A DNA stretch of 32,000 nucleotides from Candidatus Saccharimonadota bacterium (GCA_029715105.1 CP085695.1:120001-152000); one strand, 5' to 3'. Numbered from the stretch's first letter, positions 1 through 9,377 are shown. Made by a program: numbers and translations. The notes: a model not told the origin generated them from the sequence alone.

Positions 1-99
1 AATTCTGTTCCAATTGTAGTCTTTTCTTTAAAAGAAGAAAAAATAGTTAATATTATTAAAGGTTGTGGTGTTTGTACTATAGTCTCAGATTTCGAGTGA
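1..99 (+). CDS. pyrH: UMP kinase, 3' end only (gene starts upstream of the window)
   Basis: Frame 1 is open from base 1: NSVPIVVFSLKEEKIVNIIKGCGVCTIVSDFE, then TGA at 97-99. The P-I-V-V-F ... G-x-x-T-I-V wording is what I expect at a PyrH C-terminus. pyrH-frr-uppS-cdsA is a widely conserved gene order. The fragment is too short for the ORF track. Confidence 0.6.
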   Translation, partial: NSVPIVVFSLKEEKIVNIIKGCGVCTIVSDFE

Positions 100-109
100 T
101 AGGTAATTT

Positions 110-670
110 GTGTTAAATAAAATAAGAATTAAAACAGAGGAAAAAATGCTGAAGACTGTTCAGTGTTTTAGTAATGATATTAGAGGTATACACTCTGGTA
201 GAGCTAGTACATCATTACTTGATAGTATAGTTGTTAATATTTATGGAAGGTGTCAAAGATTAAATCAGATTGCTAGTATCTCGGTTTTAAATAATAAAAC
301 GCTATTAATCAAGGTCTGGGATAGCGTCATTGTAGGTGAAGTAAAAAATGCTATATTGAACGCTAATATAAATTTAAGTCCTATTATTGAAAATAATAAT
401 GTTATACGTGTAATGCTTCCAAATTTAACACAGGAAGCTCGTAAAAAATTAGTAAAATTACTATATCAATTTGCTGAAAATACGAGGATTGCAATTAGAA
501 ATATACGTAGAGATGCTATAGAGACAATAGAAAAAATACAAGAAAATAAAGAAATCTCAAAAGATGATCTTCATAGTATTAAAAAGAAAATACAAAATAT
601 CACTGATGATAATATCAGAAAGATTAATAAGGAGCTCTCTTTTAAGGAGAAAGATATATTAAATTGTTGA
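110..670 (+). CDS. frr: ribosome recycling factor
   Basis: 186-aa ORF with a GTG start at 110. Length and sequence (…IRGIHSGRASTSLLD…V…YG…L…IASISV…L…IKVWD…) are typical RRF. It lies between pyrH and uppS. Confidence 0.95.
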   Translation: MLNKIRIKTEEKMLKTVQCFSNDIRGIHSGRASTSLLDSIVVNIYGRCQRLNQIASISVLNNKTLLIKVWDSVIVGEVKNAILNANINLSPIIENNNVIRVMLPNLTQEARKKLVKLLYQFAENTRIAIRNIRRDAIETIEKIQENKEISKDDLHSIKKKIQNITDDNIRKINKELSFKEKDILNC

Positions 671-1375
671 ATGATAAATGAATTAAATATTGAATTTTTG
701 CCAAAACATTTGGCAATCATTATGGATGGTAATGGTCGATGGGCAAATAATCAAGGAAAAGTAAAAATTGATGGTTATAAAAAAGGTGGTGAGGTTGCGC
801 AGAATATTACTAGTTATTGTGTAGCCCTAGCTATACCGTATTTAACTTTGTATGCATTTTCTATGGAGAATTGGCTTAGATCTAAAGAAGAAATTAATCA
901 TTTGTTTGATTTGTTTTATTCGGTTTTAATTGACGAAGATAAAATTAATTTCATTTGTGATCAAAATATTAAATTGAGTTTTATTGGTAATTTAAATTTA
1001 CTACCAAGTAAAATGTTTGATCAACTTAGAAAAGTAGAAGAAATTACCTACAAGAATGATGGTTTATTGCTTACTATAGCAATTAGTTATGGAGCAAGGC
1101 AAGAAATTATAAATGCTGTAGGTAATATTATAAAAGAAAATATTACCTGTATATCAGAAAACGAATTTGAAAAATTTTTGTATACTAAAGATTTACCGAA
1201 ATTGGATTTATTAATTCGTACTGGTGGCGAAAAAAGGTTAAGTAATTTTTTATTATGGCAAGCAGCTTATGCTGAATTATATTTTTGTGATACTTTATGG
1301 CCTGATTTTTCTTGTTATGATTTGAGTAAGGCATTAGAGGATTATATTAGGAGAGAAAAAAGATATGGTAGATAG
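671..1375 (+). CDS. uppS: isoprenyl transferase (undecaprenyl-diphosphate synthase)
   Basis: 234 aa. The ATG directly follows the frr stop. It has the cis-prenyltransferase motifs IIMDGNGRWA and IRTGGEKRLSNFLLWQAAYAELYF. Confidence 0.95.
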   Translation: MINELNIEFLPKHLAIIMDGNGRWANNQGKVKIDGYKKGGEVAQNITSYCVALAIPYLTLYAFSMENWLRSKEEINHLFDLFYSVLIDEDKINFICDQNIKLSFIGNLNLLPSKMFDQLRKVEEITYKNDGLLLTIAISYGARQEIINAVGNIIKENITCISENEFEKFLYTKDLPKLDLLIRTGGEKRLSNFLLWQAAYAELYFCDTLWPDFSCYDLSKALEDYIRREKRYGR

Positions 1376-1994
1376 AGATTTTCTAGTGAGAGTATTATTT
1401 TCAATGATAATATTGCTTATATTCTTTTTTGCTATATATTTTAGTGATTTAACATTTTACATGTTAATTTTTTCGATAGCAGTTTTATCTTCTTTTGAAT
1501 GGTATGATTTAACTCGGGGAAAGAGAACATTATATATTTTTGCGTTATTATTAATTGCATTGCCAAATGCTTCGTTGATATATTTATATAATCTTTCACG
1601 GGGAAAATATATATTAATATGGTTTATTTTAACTATTTGGAGTATTGATGTAACTGCTTATCTTTTTGGTAAAAGTTTTGGTGGATATAAGATCTGTCCG
1701 GTTGTTAGTTATGGAAAGACTTGGTCCGGATTTCTTGGTGCAATTTTAGCGGGAATAATGTCCACAATTTGTGGATCAATATTTTTGGGCTTGTTTTCTG
1801 CATTTTATTCTCCAATGATTGGATTTATAATTGCTATTTTAGCTCAACTTGGTGATTTTACTGAATCATTTATTAAAAGGGCTTGTAATGTAAAAGATAG
1901 CGGGAATATTATACCAGGTCATGGAGGGGTACTTGATCGTATGGATAGTTTTATTTTTACTGCTCCTCTTGTTACTATTTGTTATTTATATTGA
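1365..1994 (+). CDS. cdsA: phosphatidate cytidylyltransferase (short form)
   Basis: 209 aa, polytopic and hydrophobic. The C-terminal CTP-transferase signature is present: SFIKRACNVKDSGNIIPGHGGVLDRMDSFIF. It overlaps uppS by 11 nt. Confidence 0.85.
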   Translation: MVDRDFLVRVLFSMIILLIFFFAIYFSDLTFYMLIFSIAVLSSFEWYDLTRGKRTLYIFALLLIALPNASLIYLYNLSRGKYILIWFILTIWSIDVTAYLFGKSFGGYKICPVVSYGKTWSGFLGAILAGIMSTICGSIFLGLFSAFYSPMIGFIIAILAQLGDFTESFIKRACNVKDSGNIIPGHGGVLDRMDSFIFTAPLVTICYLY

Positions 1995-1995
1995 G

Positions 1996-2220
1996 TTAAT
2001 TCTTAGAGAGAAATAAGTTATGTTTATAGTCTTTTTGTTCGTTAACTGATTTTAAAATACGGGTTGTAGTGAATTTTTTATTCATTGTTTTGTTACAGTA
2101 AGGACAAGATATTTTGTTTTTTTCTCTATACATGTAAATTAATGGATGATAAGAGGTACTATCATTTTCGTCACCTCGACAATAAACTATTAAATTATTA
2201 TTTTCTTCTAATTTTAACAT
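1996..2220 (-). CDS. zinc-finger (zf-CHCC / NDUFS6-like, COG4391-type) protein
   Basis: 74 aa with C-x-G…HP…CPYC spacing (VYCRGDENDSTSYHPLIYMY…ISCPYCNK), characteristic of the zf-CHCC domain. Its stop codon lies 1 nt from the cdsA stop on the other strand. Confidence 0.7.
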   Translation of the reverse strand: MLKLEENNNLIVYCRGDENDSTSYHPLIYMYREKNKISCPYCNKTMNKKFTTTRILKSVNEQKDYKHNLFLSKN

Positions 2221-2227
2221 TATAATT

Positions 2228-2263
2228 TTTATATATTTGATATGATAATATCAAATATATAAA
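2228..2263. promoter_or_regulatory. perfect inverted repeat, 16-bp arms and 4-nt spacer; candidate operator or 5'-UTR hairpin
   Basis: TTTATATATTTGATAT-GATA-ATATCAAATATATAAA. All 16 pairs were checked by hand (2243:2248 out to 2228:2263). It ends 7 nt upstream of the ATG of the minus-strand zf-CHCC gene. The structure is certain; the function is inferred. Confidence 0.45.
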
Positions 2264-2730
2264 GTTTAATAAAATTAAAATATCATTTTATTCTTATTAT
2301 AAATCTAATAAACTCTGGTTATAGATGTTTTTATAATAAAGTTTATAATCAAATTTGAACTGCTGTAGTTCTTTTGTAGAAGAAGGGAGGTGGTTTAAAT
2401 ATAAAAATTTTTACTAAAATTCTAGTTATAGTTCTTATAGTTTGCGTAATACAATTTACATTGATTTTTGATTTATTGTTGAGATGTTAATACATACTCG
2501 CCAATATCTGTTTGTTATAAGATAATATTAGAATTTATTAATTCGCGTTAATTAGTAGAGTTATATTATTAGTTATTATTGTTGATGTGTATAAAATTGA
2601 TAGAGCTCAATATTATTGATAAGTTTTTTCGTTATATTATTAAATTTTTAATTTATAAAAAATTATATTTTTAAGTTTTTGATAGACACAGTAATGTTTT
2701 TATTTAAAAATAAGGGGTATGCATATAGTT

Positions 2731-2803
2731 GGCCTGATAGCTCAGTTGGTAGAGCAAAGGACTGAAAATCCTTGTGTCGCTGGTTCGATTCCTGCTCAGG
2801 CCA
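2731..2803 (+). tRNA. tRNA-Phe (anticodon GAA)
   Basis: Cloverleaf folded by hand. Acceptor GGCCTGA/TCAGGCC. D arm GCTC-AGTTGGTA-GAGC. Anticodon arm AAGGA-CTGAAAA-TCCTT. T arm GCTGG-TTCGATT-CCTGC with one T:T mismatch. Discriminator A, no encoded CCA. Confidence 0.95.
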
Positions 2804-2902
2804 TATGTTTTCATTTAATGAATAAAATCTATATTATAATTTATAGGTGATGTATGTGTGTGAAGGATTTCTATAAATTAAATTGATTTTGCTGTTATAA
2901 AT

Positions 2903-3874
2903 ATGATGATGTTTAATATATTGCTATGTATAACATTATTATTTAGTAGTATTTCTTGTGCATATACTTGTGAAGATTCGTATTCAGTGACTAATGATAT
3001 AATTGTTGGTCTATTAAAAGTAGAGGAAAAATATTTATATGAGGTTAATTTATTTCGGAATATTTGTGAGATGTTTGACAATTTAAAAATTAAGATTGTG
3101 TTAATTGATTATATTAAAATAATTGATTTTAAGAAGATTAAGGCAGAGATAATTAATCTCATAGGGTTGGATGGAATCTTTATAAAGAAGATAGTTTTAG
3201 ATAAAGTGAAAGTTGAAATTGTGAATTTTATTAAAGAGTCTAAAATAAATAGAATATTTATTCTAGGAAATTACTGTAATTCATATTATTATAAATCCTT
3301 TCCTTCTATTTATTATCAGCTCATTATTGAAGCGATTATAAAGATAATAGATGATAATCCTGCAATCCATTTGCTATGTGTGTGTGGAGCTTTACAAGCT
3401 GTTGTAAGAGCAAAGGGAATTGAGATAGTAAATATGTCTTCTTTTATAAGTGATGAAAGGATATTAAAATCTGCTTCCAAGATGGCATGTCTAAAACAAG
3501 AAAACATTTTTTTTCAAAAAGTGAAAGTTGTTCCAAATAGTCATTTAGCGAAAGTATTAGTTAAATTTTTGCCATTTGATGAAAATGGATGGTTTTCAAT
3601 GTATGTTCCAAATATTATTTACTCAGAAATTTTAAGTAATACGTTAGAAAATAGAAAAAGATTAGAGTCACTTGGATATAAAATTGTAGCGTTTTCTAAC
3701 GATGGAGTAGCTGAGGTTATTGAAGACAGGTATGGTAATATTTATTTTCAAAATTGTCCAGAAATTTTTATTTTAAATTTAAATGAAAATTATTGTTTGT
3801 CAAATTATAAAACTTGTCAAATTTCAACACTAATTGCTATGGCAATTATTAATGATTTTCTTTATCGAGCTTAA
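2903..3874 (+). CDS. signal-peptide protein with class-I glutamine amidotransferase / peptidase C26-like fold, catalytic His apparently replaced
   Basis: 323-aa ORF with a hydrophobic N-terminus, MMMFNILLCITLLFSSISCA. Ordered blocks resemble GATase1/C26: LDGIFI, HLLCVCGALQAVVRAKG (nucleophile elbow), KVKVVPNSHLAKVL, VAFSNDGVAEVIED, then YFQNCPE where GVQWHPE is usual. I am confident the ORF is real. The family assignment is from memory of motifs only. Confidence 0.5.
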   Translation: MMMFNILLCITLLFSSISCAYTCEDSYSVTNDIIVGLLKVEEKYLYEVNLFRNICEMFDNLKIKIVLIDYIKIIDFKKIKAEIINLIGLDGIFIKKIVLDKVKVEIVNFIKESKINRIFILGNYCNSYYYKSFPSIYYQLIIEAIIKIIDDNPAIHLLCVCGALQAVVRAKGIEIVNMSSFISDERILKSASKMACLKQENIFFQKVKVVPNSHLAKVLVKFLPFDENGWFSMYVPNIIYSEILSNTLENRKRLESLGYKIVAFSNDGVAEVIEDRYGNIYFQNCPEIFILNLNENYCLSNYKTCQISTLIAMAIINDFLYRA

Positions 3875-4262
3875 TTAACTACTTATATTAAAAAGCCAAC
3901 TCCTTAGTTAGAGGAATTTTTGTTTTGAGTAAAATAAATTTTATTTGTTTATTTTGTACATATCTAAATAGGTGGCGTATAATAAGGGAGAAATATGTGA
4001 AATAGAGTGGTATAGTAGTAGCATTTGTTTATTTATTTTTTTATTCATATCAAGTTTTCTCTTGTAGTAGTAGATAAAATAAAAGTGTTTTATTAATTGA
4101 AATTAGTAAAAATTTCTAATAATTCTATAAAAGGATTATTTTTGAATGTCGAAAATTTATATTGTGATTTCGTTGTATTAATTAGTTTAATTAAAAAGTG
4201 GCTTTTTATATTAAGATAAAAAATTACAGACTTTTTATTAGAGATTTATTATCTTAGGAGCA

Positions 4263-4886
4263 TTAAGACAATCTTGTATATTGAGGGTTATTTAAGTATA
4301 ATGCATTTGCTGCATTCAATTTTTGTTTATTTTCCATTTTATGGAGAAACAGTAATCCTGCATGTCCAGCGTTTAATTTTGGCAGATTATTATAATTTAT
4401 GTGCGTGGTATAGTTATTATCTGTTATTGTTTTGTTATCTATCGTATATTGGGATTTAGAAACTAAAATTGGATCTGATAGTGGTAATAAATTAAAATCA
4501 AATAATTGTGTGTAGAAGCCTTGGGTGTTTTTGATTATAGCCTTGATATTTTTTGTATTATCTTTATGTAGCAAGGATAACATGTATGCCTGAACTTCTA
4601 ATGTACTAACTCCGAATAATGGTTTGTTTGTAGCGAGGCTTATACCTTTTGCAGCAGATATACCAATTCTAATTCCAGTAAAGCTTCCGGGTCCAGTTAT
4701 TACTACTAAGTAATCTATTTTGTTATAATTATAATTATATTTATTAAATAGAGTGTTTAAAATTAAAAAAAACGTTTCCATATTATTACCATTAATAGGA
4801 TTTTGTTCCACAAAATAGTTCTTATTATTATCAACTATTGCTACTGAACCATTAGTACTCACAGTATCAATTGCTAGAATAGACAT
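4263..4886 (-). CDS. tsaB: tRNA threonylcarbamoyladenosine (t6A) biosynthesis protein TsaB (YeaZ)
   Basis: 207 aa. N-terminal MSILAIDTVSTNGSVAIV and ITGPGSFTGIRIGISAAKGISLA are the TsaB/YeaZ ASKHA-fold signature. Confidence 0.85.
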   Translation of the reverse strand: MSILAIDTVSTNGSVAIVDNNKNYFVEQNPINGNNMETFFLILNTLFNKYNYNYNKIDYLVVITGPGSFTGIRIGISAAKGISLATNKPLFGVSTLEVQAYMLSLLHKDNTKNIKAIIKNTQGFYTQLFDFNLLPLSDPILVSKSQYTIDNKTITDNNYTTHINYNNLPKLNAGHAGLLFLHKMENKQKLNAANALYLNNPQYTRLS

Positions 4887-5479
4887 TATTTTGTATAAAA
4901 AGTTATTTTAAAATAAAAACAATTATTCTTCTGTATTATTTTATGTTTATATTTCAAGTTGATTGTATAAAATATTTACGATTATAATGAAATACTGAAC
5001 TAAGATTCAAAAAAAAATGCTCTAAGTCAAGATTAGATTGTATTTTATTTAAAGTCAATGAAAAACTTTAGTGTATAAGAGGGGAGGTATGGGTTATTTT
5101 TTCAACCTCTAAGCTTCAATTTTTATTGAATAGTTATAAAATAGTAATTGTTTGGAACTTTTTTATTATTGGAGTATTTTTATTACATAATTTAGTTACT
5201 AGTTGTTATACGGGGAGATTTTATGTGTTTTTGGTATTTTTCTCGTATAAATCGGGATAATACACGTGCTATATGTTAATTTTGGTATTAAAAAGTTTTC
5301 TTTTTTATTATGGATTTTGATGTTATTCTCTAACCTAGAAGTATTGTTTTAGAGGTATTTTATAGTTTCAAATTTTAAGAATTTTAAAATGAGGAGATTT
5401 TACTCTTTGAATTCTGAAGAGGGGTTATATTGTATTAACTTTAAGAAGTATAATTTGTAACGTTTAATTTAAATATTTA

Positions 5480-6712
5480 ATGTCTATTACTTTTGAAGTT
5501 ACTATGTCTATCCGTTATTTAAGAGCAAAGAATGCAAGTTTTTGTTCTATTATGACTTTGTTTTCTATTATTGGTCTTGCTCTTGGAGTTGCGACGTTAA
5601 TAGTGGTGATGTCTGTAATGAATGGATTTAGAGAAAAATTACTTAATTCAATACTTGGCATTGATGGTCATATTATTGTTTCTTTTAATAAAGATGTAAG
5701 TTCAGATTATTATGTGATATTAAAATCTATTGAGAAGATTCCCGGTGTGTTAAAAACGATTCCTATGACTCTTGATCAAGTTATTGTTGCAGCAAATGGT
5801 AAAGTTACAGGTAGTGTAGTGCGTGGAGTATCAGTTACAGATTTACTTAATAAAAGTACTATTATAAGCAATATAATTGCTGGCAATGTTGAAAAATTTA
5901 ATGAAGGAGTAATAATAGGAGCTCGGTTAGCAGAGACTTTGAATGTTAACTGCGGTAATAAAGTTGCATTTATATCTTCTAAAGAATTTAATGTATCATC
6001 TAATGATATACCTAGAATAAAAGAATACAAGGTCGTTGCAGTATTTGATACTGGCATATTTGAGTATGATAATGCTTTAATATACATGCCAATAGAATTA
6101 GCACAAGCTTTTTTTGACTATGGTGGTGATAATATAAAAAATATAGAAGTGTTTGTAGATAATCTTATTAAGGCTGACGAATTAGCAAGCTCTATAGAGA
6201 AAAAAGTTGGAATGGAAGTTGTAAGTTGGCAATTACAACAAAGTCATTATTTTAGTGCGTTAAAAGCTGAAAAAAATGTGATGTTTTTAATTCTTACTTT
6301 GATTATAGTTGTGGCAGCATTTAATATTGTATCAAACTTAATGATAATAGCGGAAGAAAAGAAATCAACGATTGCAGTTATGCGTACATTTGGTGCGACA
6401 ACCTGGAGCGTTATACGCATATTTTGTATTTGTGGATTAATAATTGGTTTTATAGGGACTTGTCTTGGTTGTATTATAGGTGTTGTTTTTTCTCTTAATG
6501 TTGAAAACATTAGAATTTTTCTAGAAGGAATAGTTGATATTAAATTGTTTAATCCTATAATATATTTTTTTTCAAGCTTACCTGTGGTTTTAATTCCACA
6601 AGACGTGATAAATATTTCTGTGCTTTCATTATTTCTATCATTTATAGCGACAATTGTTCCTGCATTACAAGCAGCTACTCGAAACCCCGCAGAGATATTA
6701 CGATATGAGTAA
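5480..6712 (+). CDS. lolC: lipoprotein-releasing ABC transporter permease, LolC/E family
   Basis: 410 aa. Wording includes …IRYLRAK…F…S…GLALGVATLIVVMSVMNGF. It has a large periplasmic loop and a C-terminal FtsX-type 3-TM bundle ending …ATRNPAEILRYE. Confidence 0.85.
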   Translation: MSITFEVTMSIRYLRAKNASFCSIMTLFSIIGLALGVATLIVVMSVMNGFREKLLNSILGIDGHIIVSFNKDVSSDYYVILKSIEKIPGVLKTIPMTLDQVIVAANGKVTGSVVRGVSVTDLLNKSTIISNIIAGNVEKFNEGVIIGARLAETLNVNCGNKVAFISSKEFNVSSNDIPRIKEYKVVAVFDTGIFEYDNALIYMPIELAQAFFDYGGDNIKNIEVFVDNLIKADELASSIEKKVGMEVVSWQLQQSHYFSALKAEKNVMFLILTLIIVVAAFNIVSNLMIIAEEKKSTIAVMRTFGATTWSVIRIFCICGLIIGFIGTCLGCIIGVVFSLNVENIRIFLEGIVDIKLFNPIIYFFSSLPVVLIPQDVINISVLSLFLSFIATIVPALQAATRNPAEILRYE

Positions 6713-7195
6713 AATATATGTGAATAATTTTGTAGGAAGATCTTTTAATATATTGTATTGTACGTGAAATAGTTTTTAAATATTTAAACTGTTTGTTTAA
6801 TTTGTTGTTATATTATGGATAATTTTAATATAAAATATTCTTTGTAGGGGGTGAATTTTCTTATAAAGATTGATTTCTTTCTTGATATGATAAAAGAAGA
6901 GGTAGATGGAAGGGAAGTATGTAGTTTTGATATTGATGAATTATTTAATATAATAAGTTTAGTTGCATTAATAATGCAATGTAATGTGTATACTTAAAGT
7001 ATATAGGTATCAATAATTAAGAAAATTGGAATTTAGATTGAAATTTTATATTGATAAAATTTTATTGTATAATAATTGTTTATTACAGTAGGTTAAATTA
7101 GAAAAGTATAACATTTAGGTAGTGTGAGTGTGTTGTTCATTTTATGTTTAATGTTTTATATGGAATGTGAAATTTTGATTTTAATATGGTAGTTT

Positions 7196-7271
7196 GTGCT
7201 TGTAGCTCAAATTGGATAGAGCGTTGTCCTCCGAAGACAAAGGTTTGTGGGTTCGATTCCCTCCAAGCACA
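7196..7271 (+). tRNA. tRNA-Arg (anticodon CCG)
   Basis: Acceptor GTGCTTG/CAAGCAC. D arm GCTC…GAGC. Anticodon arm TTGTC-CTCCGAA-GACAA. T arm GTGGG-TTCGATT-CCCTC with one T:T mismatch. Discriminator A. Confidence 0.9.
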
Positions 7272-7278
7272 TTTAGAT

Positions 7279-7306
7279 TTGACAGTAACATATTTTTATA
7301 TAAGAT
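7279..7306 (+). promoter_or_regulatory. candidate sigma70-type promoter for ssb
   Basis: Perfect TTGACA at 7279-7284, a 16-nt spacer, then TAAGAT at 7301-7306. TATAAG at 7299-7304 is an alternative with a 14-nt spacer. ssb ATG is at 7340. AT-rich DNA yields many false -10 boxes, so this is weak. Confidence 0.3.
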
Positions 7307-7339
7307 TATGTAGAAAGAATTTATTTAAAAGGCAAGTTT

Positions 7340-7825
7340 ATGTCTAATGGTACTATAAATAAGGTTATATTAATTGGTAACTTAGGTAGGAATCCTGAAG
7401 TTAGGACTATGCAGAACGGAAAAGAAATGGCAAGTTTCTCAGTAGCTACAACTGAAAGTTGGACTGATAAATCTTTTGGTGTGCGCTCTGAAAAGACGGA
7501 ATGGCATAATGTTGTAGTATTTAGTGAAGGATTAGTGAAAATTGTTAGAGATTTTGCACGAAAAGGTAGCAAAGTTTATATTGAGGGTTCTTTAAGGACT
7601 AGGAGATATACTGATAAGAATGGTATTGAGAAGTATATAACAGAGATATTGTTGCAGAACTTTAACGGAGTTCTTGTTTTTTTAGATCTACGAAATAATG
7701 TTTCAAGTTTCGATTATAATAGATCATCTGAGTGCAATCAAAGTGAAGAAGTAGAAAAGAAAAGTCAATATGAGAATTTTGATGGTTTAATAAAAGAGGA
7801 ACCGATTGATGAAATACCGTTTTAG
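7340..7825 (+). CDS. ssb: single-stranded DNA-binding protein
   Basis: 161 aa. OB-fold N-terminus INKVILIGNLGRNPEVR…G…FSVATTESW, and the acidic C-terminal tail ends in the canonical DEIPF. Confidence 0.95.
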   Translation: MSNGTINKVILIGNLGRNPEVRTMQNGKEMASFSVATTESWTDKSFGVRSEKTEWHNVVVFSEGLVKIVRDFARKGSKVYIEGSLRTRRYTDKNGIEKYITEILLQNFNGVLVFLDLRNNVSSFDYNRSSECNQSEEVEKKSQYENFDGLIKEEPIDEIPF

Positions 7826-7837
7826 ATAATTTGTGAA

Positions 7838-8725
7838 GTGTGTTTATTATCTCCATTTTTATGGACTGCTTGTGTTACACCTTTTAATTGTAAAGGGAAG
7901 ATAGATTACTGTAGTTTACGACGCTTGCTTATAATGCAAGCTAGGGCTGGAAATGGAGTAGTGTTGTTGGGTAGCACGGGTGAAAGTTTATCGCTTACTG
8001 ACTCTGAGAGATGCATGATAGTTAAATTTGCATGCGATCTAAAATTGAATACAAAGATTATGGTTTGTGTGCCTGGGGTAAATTTATATCAGACTTTTAA
8101 GTTGCTAAATTTTTGTAATGATATGCCTATTCATCATTATCTTATAACTACTCCAATTTATACAAAACCTGGGATTATAGGGCAAACTTTATGGTTTGAG
8201 AAATTGCTTGAGAAAGTACATGTGCCAGCTATGCTTTATAATGTTCCATCAAGGGCAGGAGTAAATCTTTATCCTGAAACTGTTTTTAATTTATATGGTC
8301 ATGAAAAGTTCTGGGCTATTAAAGATTCGAGTGGTACTATTGCTAGTTTGATTGAATATAAAGAGGTTGCACCAAATTTGAAGATTTTTTGTGGAGATGA
8401 TAATATCGCGTTTGATATGGTTGTTCGTGGTGCAGTTGGTTTAGTTTCTGTTGCCTCTAATATTTTACCTAGTATAGCACGTAAATATGTTAAGCGGTGT
8501 ATATTTTTATCTCAACGTATGATGATAAAATTTGAGAAAAAGACAATTATTCAGATCATGAAAGATGATGATATAAAAAGTTTAATGGGTATTTGGCAAA
8601 GGGTTTGTAAGTTGCTACTTATTGCAAGTAATCCAGTACCTGTAAAAATGTTTCTTCATAATATTGGAATTATAGAATATAATACTGTTCGTTTACCACT
8701 CAGTATGCGAGATATGCTTTTATAA
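7838..8725 (+). CDS. dapA: 4-hydroxy-tetrahydrodipicolinate synthase
   Basis: 295 aa, GTG start 12 nt after the ssb stop. Motifs: TPF, GSTGES, LYNVPSRAG, and the Schiff-base lysine context AIKDSSG. Confidence 0.9.
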   Translation: MCLLSPFLWTACVTPFNCKGKIDYCSLRRLLIMQARAGNGVVLLGSTGESLSLTDSERCMIVKFACDLKLNTKIMVCVPGVNLYQTFKLLNFCNDMPIHHYLITTPIYTKPGIIGQTLWFEKLLEKVHVPAMLYNVPSRAGVNLYPETVFNLYGHEKFWAIKDSSGTIASLIEYKEVAPNLKIFCGDDNIAFDMVVRGAVGLVSVASNILPSIARKYVKRCIFLSQRMMIKFEKKTIIQIMKDDDIKSLMGIWQRVCKLLLIASNPVPVKMFLHNIGIIEYNTVRLPLSMRDMLL

Positions 8726-8752
8726 TTGAAATAATATGAAGAGAATTTTGTA

Positions 8753-8759
8753 GGGGGGG
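8753..8759 (+). repeat. G7 homopolymer tract in spacer
   Basis: TTTTGTAGGGGGGGAATTGAATTTTT, 28 nt after the dapA stop. It is one of eight G5-7 tracts seen only in spacers (see findings). Confidence 0.9.
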
Positions 8760-9354
8760 AATTGAATTTTTGAATTAATAAAATGCCTGAATATTTTATC
8801 ATTTTAATATAAAAATAGTTTAAATTAATATTTATTTTAAAATAAGTGTTACACATTATTAGCTTTGTTTCAGGGTTCTAGTTTTTATATAAATAAAACA
8901 TTGTCTTATTATTGGGTTCTGTTTAGGTGGTAAGAGTTTTTGTTATAGTTCGGTGGTTCTATTTTATCCAAAATGTAAAACTGGATTAGTCAATTTATTT
9001 AAAAATATATAAATTTAGGATTTGAGGTGAATTATTTTTTCGTATAAACATACGCTTTTAAATAGAGCTGAAAGAAAAAATTAATTGATTTTTACTTTTT
9101 CAAAATTTGAATAATTAGAGTCGTTTAAAAATAATTGTTTTGGTGGTGTTCTTCTTTTTAGTTAAAATTTTTCTTTTTATATATTTTGAAGGGGGATTAT
9201 TTTGTGACGTTATTGTATAACTAACATAAAGGAATAACTTTATATATTTTTATTATTAAAGTTTACTTCGTGTTCGAAAAACTACGAAGAGATTATCTCT
9301 TTCTTTAGATATATTATTATAATTTGTACTTCTTGCTCATATGGTGTAAGTTTC

Positions 9355-9371
9355 ATTCGTTATAAACGAAT
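9355..9371. other. small hairpin ATTCGTT-ATA-AACGAAT
   Basis: 7-bp perfect stem with a 3-nt loop, 6 nt from the C7/G7 hairpin. Confidence 0.5.
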
Positions 9372-9377
9372 CAACAA

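Noticed and set aside
3995-4000. Start-stop mini-ORF ATG-TGA preceded by AAGGGAG
   Set aside because: It is a single occurrence in AT/G-rich spacer and is easily produced by chance. There is no supporting context.
5329-5340. 12-mer TCTAACCTAGAA shared with 16007-16018
   Set aside because: With this base composition I estimate hundreds of chance 12-mer pair matches in 32 kb. The flanks do not extend the match.
6886-6924. Spacer ORF that at first read as a 36-aa protein-like peptide (MIKEEVDGREVCSFDIDELF…)
   Set aside because: Re-reading with coordinates showed I had dropped a G. The real frame is MIKEEGRWKGSM-stop (12 aa), and the longer reading has no start codon.
8656-8856. 66-aa ORF on the minus strand in the dapA-downstream spacer
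   Set aside because: N/K/I/Y-rich translation of AT-rich DNA. It overlaps the dapA 3' end in antisense and has no SD or motif.
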